Notes: generated by a model from the sequence alone, not told the origin. DNA of 64,000 nucleotides from an uncultured delta proteobacterium (GCA_963804955.1 CAWDSQ010000016.1:64001-128000); one strand, 5' to 3'; counted from the first letter of the stretch, positions 40,414-52,244 are shown. Translations and numbers: made by a program.

Positions 40414-40908
40414 TCATTTTTTTTCCTCATTATTAACAAAACGGTCATCTGCAACCGTTTGCTGTTTATTGCCCGCATGCTCATACCAGCCTGTTTTGAC
40501 CTGCTGCCGCTCATCAAAATCCGGGACATAGGGCTTGATGTCTAAAAGGGGCGCGCCGTCGACGATATCAACGCCGCCTATGGTCAGAGTGCAGCCGTCA
40601 ATACCCAGAAGCTTCACCACTGACAAGCCTATGGGGTTTGGCCGCCGGGGCGCCCGTGTTGCAAAAATACCGCGGTCATGCACATCAAGAAAAGGCCGGC
40701 ACATGAGAGAATAGCCCTGCACCCGATGAAAACGGTACAACAGAATTATATGGGAAAAGCCGTCAAGATCGGTGAGCCCCTCGGCAAATTCCGGGAACAC
40801 CTCAACCGTGCCGACAGCGCCGTTTGCGAAAACACCCTGAATGGGAACCCCGGCGGGTTCAGCATAGGGTGAGTGGATAATACCAATGGGAGAAAATTCA
40901 ATCTTCAT
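40414..40908 (-). CDS. tsaA: TsaA/TrmO-like SAM-binding protein
   Basis: IGIIHSPY, GIFATRAPRRPNPIGLSVV and LLDIKPY. Confidence 0.88.
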   Translation of the reverse strand: MKIEFSPIGIIHSPYAEPAGVPIQGVFANGAVGTVEVFPEFAEGLTDLDGFSHIILLYRFHRVQGYSLMCRPFLDVHDRGIFATRAPRRPNPIGLSVVKLLGIDGCTLTIGGVDIVDGAPLLDIKPYVPDFDERQQVKTGWYEHAGNKQQTVADDRFVNNEEKK

Positions 40909-40926
40909 GGTAGCGCCTGAGCAATC

Positions 40927-41472
40927 CTATAAAATGAATACCGCAGCAGCAAGCACGGTCGTATAGCCTCTCGTTGACACAATGGCTGACTGGGTTATTT
41001 CCGTTGTTTTGTAAATTTTATTGCTGATCCGGTACACCTCTTTTTTTTCATCCCAGCTTGTATTCTCATCAAATTCAATGCCGAGCGTGGAAGCGAGCAT
41101 GGCTGCTGCCATATCCTCGGCATGATCGCCTGCCTGCTTTTCCGTCATGCCGAAGGCATGAAATTCAGACAGATAGCCATACCCCTTTTTGTCCGCCGGC
41201 ACGGCGAAGCCCACCGATGCAACAATCAGCCGCCGCGGCTCATTGCTTGCGCACCGGCTGATAACAGTGAAGGTGATTTCGCCGTCGCTGAGCTTTTTAA
41301 GCCCCTGGACCCGGGGTATTATTTTGCAGCCCGGCGGCAGAATGCTGGAAACCGGCACCAGGTTCTGCTTCTCGATGCCTGCATCCCGCAGTGCAAGCTC
41401 AAAGGAGCGCAGCTCATCCTTGTGCGTGCCAGCTCCTTTTGTAAAAAAAACCTGCCGTGGTGTAATGTTCAT
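40927..41472 (-). CDS. Pyruvoyl-dependent arginine decarboxylase
   Basis: SFELALRDAGI, NLVPVSSILP (SS cleavage site) and GYLSE. Confidence 0.9.
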   Translation of the reverse strand: MNITPRQVFFTKGAGTHKDELRSFELALRDAGIEKQNLVPVSSILPPGCKIIPRVQGLKKLSDGEITFTVISRCASNEPRRLIVASVGFAVPADKKGYGYLSEFHAFGMTEKQAGDHAEDMAAAMLASTLGIEFDENTSWDEKKEVYRISNKIYKTTEITQSAIVSTRGYTTVLAAAVFIL

Positions 41473-41490
41473 CCTGTTCGCCTGCGCGTG

Positions 41491-42447
41491 TTAATGATCT
41501 TTCTGCAGCTTGAATCTGCAGTCCTGGCTTGCGCTGTAAAAGGTGCGGTTGTGCCGTGGCGCTGCACTGATGCGGCCTGACGCGAGAAGATGGTCAATCT
41601 GCTTGACCGCGAGGTTCCAGTTGATGCCGAGACCCCCAACGATATCGCTCAGCGTACAGGGCCTCCGCCGCAGCAGAACAAGAATATCTTCCTGCGTGCC
41701 GGATAAAAGATGCTGCTTCCCCGCAGGGGAAAACCCGGCAATCACTTCTGCGTTCTTTCCGAGCAGAGCCGCCAGTTTTTTCAACTGCGCCGGCGGAACC
41801 ATATAGGCAAAATCCTCCGACGGCGGCCTGACAACGGTATTGACCTGCACTTTATCTGGCCGTATGTCGCTGATTATTTTCGCTATCTTCTTTACTTCCG
41901 TCATAATGCCCGTCGAGCCTCCGACCAGAAGCACTTCAAGCCATACTTTGTTTTTAAAAACCGTGCGGAACTCAACCAGCCCCTTCACCATCAGCTCAAA
42001 AGAAATAGCGGAATGGGGCCTGTTCACATGCTGAAACAGCCCTGCATCACCGGCATCAAGCGACGGGATAACAAGATCGGCGTTTTTCAGCTCTGTCTGA
42101 ACCGCCGTATCCCATAACAAAGAGCCATTGGTTATAACCGCTATGGGCGTACGGCTCTTTTCTTTTATAGCGGCTATGAGTTCGCCAAGGCGAGAATAGA
42201 GCGTTGGTTCGCCAGAGCCGGCTATGGTAATATAGTCGGCAGCATCCAGCAGATCCCGCTTGCGAGCCAGTTCATCAACAATTTGACTGAACGGCGCATA
42301 CTCTTTTCGTTCCAGCGTTTTGACCGTCGTGCGGCCCAGATGACAGTAGATACAGTCATACGTGCATGTTTTGTAGGGAACCACATCTATGCCCAGCGAT
42401 CTGCCCAGCCGGCGTGAGGGCACCGGTCCATAAAGAAAATTTTTCAT
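41491..42447 (-). CDS. Radical SAM protein with C-terminal winged helix
   Basis: YGPVPSRRLGRSLG, CTYDCIYC and GSGEPTL. Confidence 0.88.
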   Translation of the reverse strand: MKNFLYGPVPSRRLGRSLGIDVVPYKTCTYDCIYCHLGRTTVKTLERKEYAPFSQIVDELARKRDLLDAADYITIAGSGEPTLYSRLGELIAAIKEKSRTPIAVITNGSLLWDTAVQTELKNADLVIPSLDAGDAGLFQHVNRPHSAISFELMVKGLVEFRTVFKNKVWLEVLLVGGSTGIMTEVKKIAKIISDIRPDKVQVNTVVRPPSEDFAYMVPPAQLKKLAALLGKNAEVIAGFSPAGKQHLLSGTQEDILVLLRRRPCTLSDIVGGLGINWNLAVKQIDHLLASGRISAAPRHNRTFYSASQDCRFKLQKDH

Positions 42448-42538
42448 GTCCGCCGCTCCCACAGGCTGCACCCTGTAATGCCCCACACCAAAAAATCAGC
42501 AGGGCCTGCGGCACCACCTGTTCTGCAACCAAGGAGCT

Positions 42539-42888
42539 TCATCGTTTTCGCAGTATCTCCTGCCATATCCCCATGCCCCCGCAGCCGCCGCGACCCATGC
42601 CCCGGCCTCTTCCTCTGCAGCCGCCGAACGGCCTGCCCTGCTGTGCTGTCTGTCCGTGGGGTTGCCCGCGGGGCACGGTTCCGTACAGATCATAGAGCTG
42701 TCTTTGCTCCGGATCAGCCAATACGGAATAAGCCTGATTCAGGTTTTTAATATGTTCTTCCGCTGCTTCCTCCGGATTAATATCCGGATGATACTGCAGC
42801 GCCAGTGCGCGGTATGCTTTTTTTATTTCATCCGGGGTTGCGCTTTTTTCAATCTGCAGGAGCTCATAATAATCGTCGTCGCGTTCAT
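42539..42888 (-). CDS. Short DnaJ-domain protein with a Gly/Arg/Cys tail; 5' frameshift
   Basis: DYYELL...[15 protein letters not shown]...YD. Confidence 0.85.
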
Positions 42889-42935
42889 GCTGCAGCCTGT
42901 GCCTTTTAATAAGGATGATCTGGGAAAATGCCTTA

Positions 42936-43836
42936 TTAATGTGTCCAGTCCAGTATTTTGACGCCCTGGGGAATTTTTTGCCCGAGCATGCCGCGGAAGG
43001 CATCCCACATCCGGCTGATTTCCGCCGACACCTCGCCGCAGGGATGCTCGAACACCGTGTTTTTTTGCATCAGCGCAGCGACAACGCTTCGGTCATAGGG
43101 TACTTTGCCCACAACCCGTACCGATTGCTGTCGCGCAAAAATCTTCTATGATTTGAGTATTCTCGGGATTAATGTCGAACTTATTGACGCACACAGCCGC
43201 AGGTATATTGAAATGCCCGGCTGTTGCCAGCACTCGCTTGAGATCATGCAGGCCCGACAGCGTGGGCTCGGTCACTACCAGCACCAGGTCGACGCCGGTG
43301 ATCGACGCGATTACCGGGCAGCCGATGCCCGGAGGGCCGTCGATAATGACATATTCAAGACTTTTTTCTTCGGCGACCCGCCGCGCCTCCTGCCGCACGA
43401 CGCTGACCAGCTTGCCGGAATTATCTTCGGCAATGCCCAGCCGGGCATGCACCATGGGCCCGTTACGGGTCTCTGAGACAAACCAGTGGCCGGAAAGCTT
43501 ATTCACCATGGTAATGGCTTTCTCCGGACACAGGGCCGCGCAGACCCCGCAGCCCTCGCAGGAAACCGGGTCGATTTCAAGGCCGTGAATTGCGCCGAAC
43601 CGGCACAGCTCCCGGCAGGCGCCGCACTGCGTGCACAGAGATTTCTGAATAACCGCTGTTTTACCGCCGGAGAACTCTTCCGTACGCTGCACCGCCGGAT
43701 CAAGAAGAATATGCAGATCAGCGGCGTCAACATCGCAGTCGGCAAGCACCGCCTTTTCCGCAAGAGAGGACAGTGCCGCCGTGATAGTTGTTTTACCGGT
43801 TCCGCCTTTACCGCTGATAATGGTAATTTGTTTCAT
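42936..43836 (-). CDS. MinD-superfamily P-loop ATPase with inserted ferredoxin (ORP ATPase type); 3' frameshift
   Basis: [18 protein letters not shown], two CxxCxxCxxxC motifs, [14 protein letters not shown] and VTEPT. Confidence 0.9.
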
Positions 43837-44473
43837 CAGGCCTCCGCCGCAGTCTTTGTCCAGATATTTTTCTCGGTGCCTTCGGTTGGGTGAATTCTGA
43901 GATACACGATTTCATCGGGCTCGATTCTAATAAGGTTAAAGCGCCTGAGCGCCTTCACTAACTCTTCCTGCAGTTTGTCGGCCGGCTTCCCCCGGCGGCG
44001 AACATTTCTCCCATGACCTTCAGGGATGCGTCGTACACGCCCATGTGTTTGAGACGGTCCATAAACTCCTGCTCATGGCCGGCATAGGGCAGAAGCGTTG
44101 CCGTACCGCTTATCTGGAGGCTGCGGTTGAGCACGCTGTGATCGATGGGATGATACATGCCGACCGCCACTTTGGGATTGGAACGGATATTGCGGATTTT
44201 CAGGCCCGGTTCTCCGGCATGCCACAAAGTGAGCCCATCGGCAAAAAAATCTATGGGCGTGGCCCGCGGCAGGCCCTCGTGCACCGTGCACAGCACGCAG
44301 GCAAGGCCGTGCTTCAGGCAGCAGCCGGGCTTGTCGGTCGTGCCGGGCCTGCTGCGCGCCTCGTCGAGAAATGCGAGAATCTGCTTTTCCAGCTCCTGCC
44401 GCGGCATCGTGTTTTTATTGATATGATTGGCCAGCAGCGATTTTTCCTTCTGTGCGCTTTCGTTCATGCTCAA
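43836..44473 (-). CDS. Pyridoxamine 5'-phosphate oxidase-like flavin-binding protein; 3' frameshift
   Basis: VLCT...PRATPIDF...KIRNIRSNPKV...SLQISG. Confidence 0.75.
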
Positions 44474-45327
44474 GTCTCCCGGGAAGATGATGTTGGGCCG
44501 CAGGCGGCGGTAATTGTTGCATGCAGTTTCAAAAATTCCTGTTTCAGCTCCGGCATGACTGCCATGACCGGCTCGCCCCGGGAATAGCCCTCGGCAATGC
44601 GGCGGTCCCAGGGAATTTTCATCAACAGGGGTATGCCCTCCTGACTGCAGTAGTTCTCCACCGCATCATCGCCGATGCCCGCGCTGTTGACGATCACGCC
44701 GAAAGGAACTTTCAGCTCGCGCACGGTTTCAACCGCCAGCTGCAAATCGTGCAGGCCAAACGGCGTGGGCTCGGTGACCAGTATGCAGTAATCGCTACCA
44801 CGAACGGTTTCGATCACCGGGCAGGAGGTTCCGGGCGGCGAGTCGAGAATAACGGTTTTAGTGCGGTCAAGGCGGCTGTGCAGCTGCCGGATAATCGGCG
44901 TTGCCATGGGATCGCCCACATTCAGAATGCCCTGCATGAAGGCCATTGACTGCGCCATGCCGCTTTCGATAACGCCGATATCCCGGGGCTTTTCCGTAAT
45001 GGCCCGCTCGGGGCAGATAATCGTGCAGCCGCCACAGCCATGGCACATGTTAGGAAACACCAGCACCCGCGTGCCGATCACAACCAGAGCATTGTAGGCG
45101 CACAGGTCGGAGCATTTGCCGCAGCCGCTGCATTTTGTTTCGTCTACTTCAGGCACCAGCATGGTCACCGGTGTTTTTTCAGCGATCGCGGGACGCAGAA
45201 AAATAGCGGCATTGGGCTCCTCGACATCGCAGTCGGCAAACTGAACCCCGTCAAGCGAAAGAGCAAGGCTGACCGCCACGGTCGTTTTGCCCGTTCCGCC
45301 CTTGCCGCTGGCAACTGCAATAATCAT
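44470..45327 (-). CDS. MinD-superfamily P-loop ATPase with inserted ferredoxin (second ORP ATPase)
   Basis: [41 protein letters not shown] and VTEPTPFGLHDL. Confidence 0.92.
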   Translation of the reverse strand: MIIAVASGKGGTGKTTVAVSLALSLDGVQFADCDVEEPNAAIFLRPAIAEKTPVTMLVPEVDETKCSGCGKCSDLCAYNALVVIGTRVLVFPNMCHGCGGCTIICPERAITEKPRDIGVIESGMAQSMAFMQGILNVGDPMATPIIRQLHSRLDRTKTVILDSPPGTSCPVIETVRGSDYCILVTEPTPFGLHDLQLAVETVRELKVPFGVIVNSAGIGDDAVENYCSQEGIPLLMKIPWDRRIAEGYSRGEPVMAVMPELKQEFLKLHATITAACGPTSSSRET

Positions 45328-45722
45328 GCACAGCCCCCCTTGCCGCTGCAGGAGCCGGAGCTGCTGCCGGCATGGGCCTCTGCCGTTGGCGCGCCCACTG
45401 CCTGAAGTTTTCCGCCCTTGAACAGATCGACAGCATTCTGAGCGGTTCCGGAAATACCGGTATATATTTTAATGCCTGCGGCATTAAGTACGGCAAAAGC
45501 ATTAGGACCGATATTTCCGGTCAAAACAGCCTGCACCCCCTTGTTAATGACAAGCTGCGCCGCTTTGGTGCCGGCGCCGCCCCCGGCTGTTGCCGCCGGA
45601 TTCACGGCGCACTCAAAAGCACCGGTATCGCTGTCGATAATAATATAGTTCGTCGCCCTGCCGAACCGCGGATCAATATCCGCGTTAAGGTTCTGTCCAG
45701 TTGAAGAAATGCACAGTTTCAT
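45324..45722 (-). CDS. NifB/NifX (MTH1175, orange-protein) family protein
   Basis: DPRFGRA, GAG..AAQ and TGNIGPNAF. Confidence 0.9.
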   Translation of the reverse strand: MKLCISSTGQNLNADIDPRFGRATNYIIIDSDTGAFECAVNPAATAGGGAGTKAAQLVINKGVQAVLTGNIGPNAFAVLNAAGIKIYTGISGTAQNAVDLFKGGKLQAVGAPTAEAHAGSSSGSCSGKGGCA

Positions 45723-45747
45723 AGCCTACCACCTTTCAGTTTGTGCC

Positions 45748-46328
45748 CTATATATTCCATTCGTAGCTGCGCATGGAAAAATCAGGCAGATATTCTTTAA
45801 GGATTATTTTATCCGGGATAATTTTTATAAAGCTGCAGGCATGAGTGTTTTTGACGATAAACTGCTCGGCAGCCTCTGCCCGCAAATTCTGCTCGCGTAC
45901 CAGCGGAGTGAGCAGGCTTCGCATAACAGTATCGAGGTTCCACTTTTTCAGCTTGGCCCTGAACAGGCGCGGATCGGAGCGCATGGTGATCAGCTCTGCC
46001 TCGCCGAATATCTGAAGGCTGGGCTGCGTTTTGCGGTGATCAAGGGGCTGCTCATAGATGAATGCCGACACGCGGGGGTTGCGCTTGATATTGGCGATCT
46101 TGGCGCCCGGGCCGCCCAGAATATAGAGCGTGAGCCCTTCGTTAAAAAATTCCAGGGCAGTGGCTCGCGGCATGTCCTTATAGGAGGTTGCCAGCACCAG
46201 GGCGTTGCGGTGAATCATGCCGCAACCGTGTTTGCCCGGCTTCGGGTCAGGCAGGCCCGAGGTAGCTTCAGCACGTCAAGAATCTTTTTTTTCACCAAAG
46301 CCTTCGACGGCTGTTTTTGATTTTTCAT
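45748..46328 (-). CDS. Pyridoxamine 5'-phosphate oxidase-like protein (paralogue of 43836-44473); frameshifted
   Basis: LVLATS...PRATALEF...KIANIKRNPRV...SLQIFG. Confidence 0.75.
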
Positions 46329-46390
46329 ACGTGGTTGTCTCCTTCAATTGTTGTAAGGTGTGCGTTCGCCCCAAGGGCGTCCCCTGCGCC

Positions 46391-47472
46391 TTATTCCGAA
46401 AAAAAATGCATCTGATCGCTGCAGATTTGAACATGGCGCAATATATCGTCCAGACTTTCCGTGTAATATTGCAGCGCATCGCCTCCTTCACGCAGCGCGC
46501 GCGCTATTGCCGCACCACAGCGGTAGCCTGAATCCATCGCAACGTCGATAGATGCATCGTTGAGGTATCTGAAACCACCTGCTTCGCCCGCCAGCAGCAC
46601 CCTGCCGCTGCCTGGATTCGGCGGCCACATCTTGATGATGCACCCCTCCACGCGCTCCTGAGGCCCGAGCTACACCTTGAAGTTTTCCCGGAGAAAACCC
46701 TTGAAGGCCTCCATGCGGCCGCGCACATCATCGCCCCTGAAGCCTCCGACGCAGGGCACAAGCCAAGCATCCTTGCGGTGCACGCAGCAGAGCAGTCGGC
46801 AACGCTTTTTTCAAAAAACACATGCCAGCAGCCGTCGCGCAGGTCGCCACTATCGACAATCGGACAATACTCCTGATAGTAACTCACCTCGGGCGTTGCC
46901 TCCCACACCTCCGGCGCGAGCGCCCTGCGCACTGCTGAGGCGCTGCCGTCGGCGCCGACCAGATAGTCACACTGTATCGTCCGGTTCGGATCACCCTTTC
47001 CGCCGGGGTTCAGTAGCTTGGGATCGCGCAGAAAAAGGTCGACATTGACCTGTTCCCTGTCGGCAGCACAGCCGCGAAACACGCTGTTTTCCCTGAGCGC
47101 GGCTCCGGACTGCTTCACCAGCCAGTGGTCAAATGTGCTGCGCCAGGCATTAAGATAGGTCTGCGGGAATGCATGGCCGTCTTTGGGTATCTCCCAGAAA
47201 TATTGAACAAAGCCTTTATCATGCTTCCATTCGATAATCTGCGACGCATGGATTATTTTCGGCTCACAGTAAACATCCTCCGGCGGCATTGCACCGAAGT
47301 ATTTCGGCAGCAGCTCCTGGGTTTGCCCGAACAAAACACCCGAACAGTTTTTATGCCGCGGCAGCGATTCCTTTTCGATAAGAAGCGCCTGAATACCCGC
47401 GTCATGCAAAGCCTTTGCGCACGATGCGCCTGCAGGCCCGGCGCCGATAATGACAACCTGCTGCTTTTCCAT
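46391..47472 (-). CDS. Geranylgeranyl-reductase-like FAD-dependent oxidoreductase; frameshifted
   Basis: GAGPAG, RHKNCSG, FDHWL, VGADG and VLLAGEAGG. Confidence 0.8.
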
Positions 47473-47538
47473 AGAGCCTCCTTTATGGCCTACTTCCGGT
47501 AATGTCCAATCTGCATTTTTAGACTGAAGAAAGATGCC

Positions 47539-47582
47539 AGATCATATTCCCCCCGTAACCGGAGTCCGGGGGAATATGATCT
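47539..47582. terminator. Stem-loop inside the operon (terminator or processing site)
   Basis: AGATCATATTCCCCC...GGGGGAATATGATCT inverted repeat. Confidence 0.55.
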
Positions 47583-47596
47583 CCCGGCATGCTTTT

Positions 47597-47945
47597 TCAA
47601 AATCTTCGCACTTCGTTTTTTGGAAGGCTGCCTGCCTTGAATTTTTCAAGGGCCTCCTGCACTGAAAGACCTGGAGGAGCACTGTACATTGTAACTCCGG
47701 CTGCCTTCAGCACTTCATAGGCATTCGGGCCCACCTTGCCGCTTATCACAGCCTTGACCCCATGATTAAACAGGGCCTGCGCGCAGGCCGTGCCGGCGCC
47801 GGTGGCAGCCTCAGCCGAGTCATTTTTTATGGCAGACGCTTTCGCCCGTTTCCGTATCAACAAGAACAAAATAATCGCATCTGCCGAAAAGCCCGTGGGT
47901 CTGCGCAGCCAGGCTGTCGCCGCATGCTGAAATTGCAATTTTCAT
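47597..47945 (-). CDS. NifB/NifX family protein; frameshifted
   Basis: MKIAISA...LFGRCDYF / GAGTACAQ...GKVGPNAYEVL. Confidence 0.85.
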
Positions 47946-47958
47946 AGAGCCGCCTTTC

Positions 47959-48339
47959 TCAGTGTCCGCCGCAGCTGTCGCCATGGTCATGGGCGCAGGC
48001 AGAGGTTCCGCTGACTTTTCCCGCAAGATAGGCTTTCAGAACATTGCCAACCTGGCCGCCGACACCCGTTGCAACCTCGATACCAAAGCCATTGAACATA
48101 TCGATAGCCTTGGGTCCCATGCCGCCGGCTATCATGACATTGACATTCTGTTTTTTAATAAACTCGGGAACTGCACCGGGCACATGGCCGTTGAAAAACG
48201 GATTGGCAACCGGGTCGACCTTCTTCACTTCCGTGCCCTCGACATCCACCATCATAAAATACGGGCAGCGGCCAAAGTGCCCGCTCATTTCAGACTCAAG
48301 ACCCTTGTTTTCTTCGCAGGCAAAAGCTATTTTTTTCAT
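47959..48339 (-). CDS. NifB/NifX family protein
   Basis: SGHFGRCPYF, AGGMGPKA and a C-terminal CAHDHGDSCGGH. Confidence 0.9.
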   Translation of the reverse strand: MKKIAFACEENKGLESEMSGHFGRCPYFMMVDVEGTEVKKVDPVANPFFNGHVPGAVPEFIKKQNVNVMIAGGMGPKAIDMFNGFGIEVATGVGGQVGNVLKAYLAGKVSGTSACAHDHGDSCGGH

Positions 48340-48381
48340 GTTCCAGTTCTCCTTCATGATTAAATAAGTGTGTATCTTGTT

Positions 48382-49269
48382 TTATTGCTTATTAATAATT
48401 TCCAGCCACGCATCGGTAATGCCGTTAAATGCTGCTGTGGCCGGCGACTCGGGATGAGCAGAGACAAAAGGCTTGCCCTCGTCTCCGCACAGAACCATGG
48501 CCGGGTCAAGCGGAACGCGCCCCAGAAACGGCACTTTCATCTTTTTTGCTATCTTCTCGCCGCCGCCGGTTTTAAATAAATCTATGGTCTTGCCGCAGTG
48601 CGGGCACAGCATGCCGCTCATGTTTTCCACAACGCCGATTGTGGGAATTTTAAGCTCCTTGCAGAATGAGATGCTCTTTTTCGAATCAAGCAGGGCTACG
48701 TCCTGCGGCGTAGTGACAATGACCGCTCCGTCGACCTTGCCGATCAGGTGGGAAATGCTCAGCGCCTCATCGCCCGTGCCCGGCGGCAGATCAATAATAA
48801 GATAATCAAGAGCGCCCCAGTGCACTTCGCCCAGAAACTGCTTCATCACGCCATGCTTCATGGGGCCCCGCCAGATGACGGCGTGATCTTCATTCTGCAG
48901 AAAAAAACCGATCGACATAACATGTAGATTTTCCGCTGCGGCGATGGGCAGGATGCCGTCAACCGGGCCCGGCGCTGACTCAGGCCGCTCAGCATCAATG
49001 CCAAGCATCTTGGGGATATTCGGCCCGTGGATGTCGGCATCAAGAATTCCCACTTTTTTGCCCCTCAGGGCAAGAATTGCCGCGAGGTTCACCGCTACCG
49101 AGCTTTTGCCCACGCCGCCCTTGCCGCTTAAAACCATAAACTTTTTACCGATGGACCCCATGGCCGTGTCGATCAGACGCTGTGCGCGGCGTTCTTTTTC
49201 ATCCTGCGAGCAGGTGGCTGCCGTATCGCAGGACTGGCATCCGGTAGTGCTTGTGCATTCTGTACTCAT
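48382..49269 (-). CDS. Mrp/NBP35 (ApbC) Fe-S carrier ATPase
   Basis: N-terminal Cys cluster, SGKGGVGKS, DADIHGP, WRGP, DLPPGTGD and ENMS...CPHC. Confidence 0.92.
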   Translation of the reverse strand: MSTECTSTTGCQSCDTAATCSQDEKERRAQRLIDTAMGSIGKKFMVLSGKGGVGKSSVAVNLAAILALRGKKVGILDADIHGPNIPKMLGIDAERPESAPGPVDGILPIAAAENLHVMSIGFFLQNEDHAVIWRGPMKHGVMKQFLGEVHWGALDYLIIDLPPGTGDEALSISHLIGKVDGAVIVTTPQDVALLDSKKSISFCKELKIPTIGVVENMSGMLCPHCGKTIDLFKTGGGEKIAKKMKVPFLGRVPLDPAMVLCGDEGKPFVSAHPESPATAAFNGITDAWLEIINKQ

Positions 49270-49285
49270 TCCTTCGTTCTCCATT

Positions 49286-49900
49286 CTATTTGGTATTGTG
49301 TGAAACAGATTTTTCCATTTCAGAAAAATTTCTTTTAATGATGCTTTTTGTTTCATCGACTATTTCAGCCTCCGTTCTGCCGCGCGTGAGCACGGCGCCA
49401 TATCCTTTAAGGTGCATGCCCTGAGCCGCCAGAAAGTGCCTGACGGCCTGCTCGTCTTTTTCGCCGTAGTTGCCCTGATGCGTTACGATTGCATAGACAT
49501 CCTTTCCCGCCAGGCGCCGGTGATCCAGAAATGTGCGCATGGGCGAGGCCAGCCGGTGTATCCAGATAGGGCTGGCTATGATAATCGGGTTATACTGCGA
49601 GGCATCAAGCGTTCACCGGCCCGGGCAGGTCATCGCGGTCAAACAGCTGATCGATGACGCAGTTGACTTTCCAGAGGCCCGTGCGCTCCCGTCTTCGACG
49701 TGAGTTCCAGCCGCTCGCAGCCAAAAGCGCTGCCAAGCTCCGCAGCAACAATGCTGGTGTTGCCCGTGAGGGAATAAAAAATAATCAGCGGACGCCAGGT
49801 CGCTTCCGGATCTGCCCCTGCGCCAATGCTGGAGCCGGGCCAACACATATACGCGAGAAGTGCCGTAAAAAACAGAAGCAGGATACAGCTGTTTTTTCAT
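49286..49900 (-). CDS. Flavodoxin-like protein with N-terminal hydrophobic segment; frameshifted
   Basis: IFYSLTGNT...; PMRTFL; hydrophobic N-terminus. Confidence 0.6.
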
Positions 49901-50936
49901 GCAGCGTCTCTCTTGATATGCGGTCGCGGTTCAAACGGAATCTCGCCCAGGGCCATCCGGGCAAGATCAGTAATAAAAATCGGCGCAAGACCTGCGGCCA
50001 TGCACGCCTGGCTCATGAAAGCATAGCAGCTCGGGCATCCAAAAACCATGGCTTCGGCGCCATGCTGCAGCGCATCGGCAATATTTTCAGCGACCATGTC
50101 GGTGCTTGTTTCGGGAAATTTTTCCGTAAGGCCGATACCGCAGCACAAAGCGTTCATGCCGTCATAGCGCCGTTGCACCCGTTCTGACTCCTGCCAGCCT
50201 GAAAAAACATCTTACAAACCGCATCGGTCCAGGGCGCAAGCCTGGAGATGCACGGCCGCTGAAAGGCGATTTTTTTGCCGAGCCTTTTAAGTGAAGCTCT
50301 TTTCTCGCCAGCAGCACGGCCAAGCCAGTCGGCAAGGTGCACCGCGCGTGAAGGGCACCTCAATGCCATAGCCGGGAGCGAGCACCGCGGCCATGACATA
50401 GCAGTCGTCATGGGCAAAAACTATCTCCTGCCTGCCAAGGCCGGCAAGGTTTTCGATAAAACCAGCGGCATGCTTCCCGTGTCAGCGACGGCATGCCCGT
50501 ATGCAGATGCACGACGCGGGAATAATACGGACTGCCGCTTATAATAGTGAGGTTTTCAAAGAGCTGGCTGGCGGCCATATTCGGCGGCAGCGCATGTTCC
50601 ATGACACAGAGCGACAGCGGCAGGCAGTGCTGTGTCACCGACGACAATGCGCTTAGGCACACTGTCAAGCATGGCTTCGATCATTTCGGCCCGGCCTCGG
50701 ACAGCAACTCTGACGCCGTAACGCTCCTGCAGGCGGCTGATCAGATCGAAAGGGTCTGCCTCGTTGGGGCAGTATTCATTGCAGGCCATGCAGGTAATGC
50801 AGACCGACAGAATATCGGCGTTATCGCCCTGTTTCAGCGCCCTGATTTCAGCAATCGCCTTTTCCGACGTATACTGAACAGTCGGGCACTGCGTAAGGCA
50901 TACGCCGCATTCCGTACAGCTGTCCGTATCAAACAT
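49897..50936 (-). CDS. HdrD/GlpC-like (Fe-S)-binding protein with CCG domain; frameshifted
   Basis: CTECGVCLTQCP, CITCMACNEYCP, FQRPCISR and ALCCG...GCPSC. Confidence 0.75.
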
Positions 50937-51014
50937 GAGCAATCCCGTTTCTTTAATGACGCAGCCTGCTCCATGCGGCCTTTACCAAACCCGTGACCTT
51001 CGCCACCTGTTCCA

Positions 51015-51212
51015 TCACGCACATCGGGCTGTATCACAAAAGCAAACAAAAAATAAAATGCACAGCACCAAAAAAATGACTGCGGTAATTTGTGCTCTTC
51101 TATCCGTGATCATGGTGCGGGCCATGTTTAAAATCCAGCCCAGATGAAGCACATAGGCACCGCCAGCAGCACAATCAGCGCAAAGGCAACCCACAGATGC
51201 AGCGTTCTCCAT
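51015..51212 (-). CDS. Small membrane protein; frame uncertain
   Basis: Hydrophobic stretches in an operon-like position. Confidence 0.35.
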   Translation of the reverse strand: MENAASVGCLCADCAAGGAYVLHLGWILNMARTMITDRRAQITAVIFLVLCILFFVCFCDTARCA

Positions 51213-51539
51213 TCGTGCCGTTCAAGGCCAAGAAAAAACAGATCATCATTTCTGCCCATTAAACGGCAAAGCTATCCTTGCCGGGGAGAGCACAAATTTC
51301 ATCAAGAGATGCCTGTTCCGGCGAACCGCCAGCATCAGGCGTCAACAATGCAATTGGTTTGCGCTTTTCCCGCCATGATCGCCTCCACAAAAAAAAGGAT
51401 TGGGGAGCCTGCAACCGGCTACCAGCAGGGTGGGCAATGAAATCAATATTGTTGAAACATGGAGGATGTTCAAATCCCGATTAATCTCATTGTATATGCG
51501 CCGCTAATCTAAATGCAGGCTCCCCGGGTGAGGGAATCG

Positions 51540-51827
51540 TCAGCCGTTTTTCGCGATGCATGCCTCAATGCGGTTGCGCACCTCGGCAAGCTCCTGCTCA
51601 AGAGCAGCGGCTCTGTTTTTCAGGTTCTGCTCTGTGGCGTTCTTCACCGGCCCACGGCCGCCACCGAACGCACGGCCTCTGCCGCCGCCCCGGGGCGCAT
51701 AGCCGCGGCCTGCGCCGCGCACGTCATCTGCACTGCCCGCTGGTGTCGCGCCGGTAAAGCACGGTCCTCTGCGTCCGCCTGTTCCCGGGCCTGCGCCCTG
51801 TGGTCCTTTTCCATCTCTTCCCGGCAT
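51540..51827 (-). CDS. DUF5320-like Gly/Arg-rich protein
   Basis: MPGRDGKGPQGAGPGTG.RRGPC and C-terminal coiled coil LKNRAAALEQEL. Confidence 0.85.
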   Translation of the reverse strand: MPGRDGKGPQGAGPGTGGRRGPCFTGATPAGSADDVRGAGRGYAPRGGGRGRAFGGGRGPVKNATEQNLKNRAAALEQELAEVRNRIEACIAKNG

Positions 51828-51840
51828 AGTATGCCTCCTT

Positions 51841-52231
51841 TCAGGAATAGGTGACTGTTTTTTTGCTTTTGCCCGGCCCGCGGCGGCAGCGATGCCGCTT
51901 GGGGCACAGCCAGGTGCCCGGCGCCAGTCGTTTGCTTAAAAACTGCTCCAGCGCGTCACGGGCCTCTCCCGTCACCCAGGAGATGACATTGACTGCCTGC
52001 TCGGCAAGCATGCGCTCGGCAATATTTGATATGCCGCCGCAGATGAGCGTATCGATCTCAAGGGATTTGAGATACTGTATGCGCTGCAGCTCATCGGTCT
52101 GCCCCAGCGCTATTTCCCGCGACTGAGCAACTTCGCCGTTTTCAATTTCAACCAGCAGCGCCATAGTCGGCATATGTGAAATGCGGCGATATACGCGTTC
52201 CGAACAGGGGAATAGCGATCTTTCTTTTCAT
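51841..52231 (-). CDS. NifB/NifX family protein; frameshifted
   Basis: MKRKIAIPLFGTRISPHF / DTLICGGIS. Confidence 0.82.
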
Positions 52232-52244
52232 GCTATTCAATAAT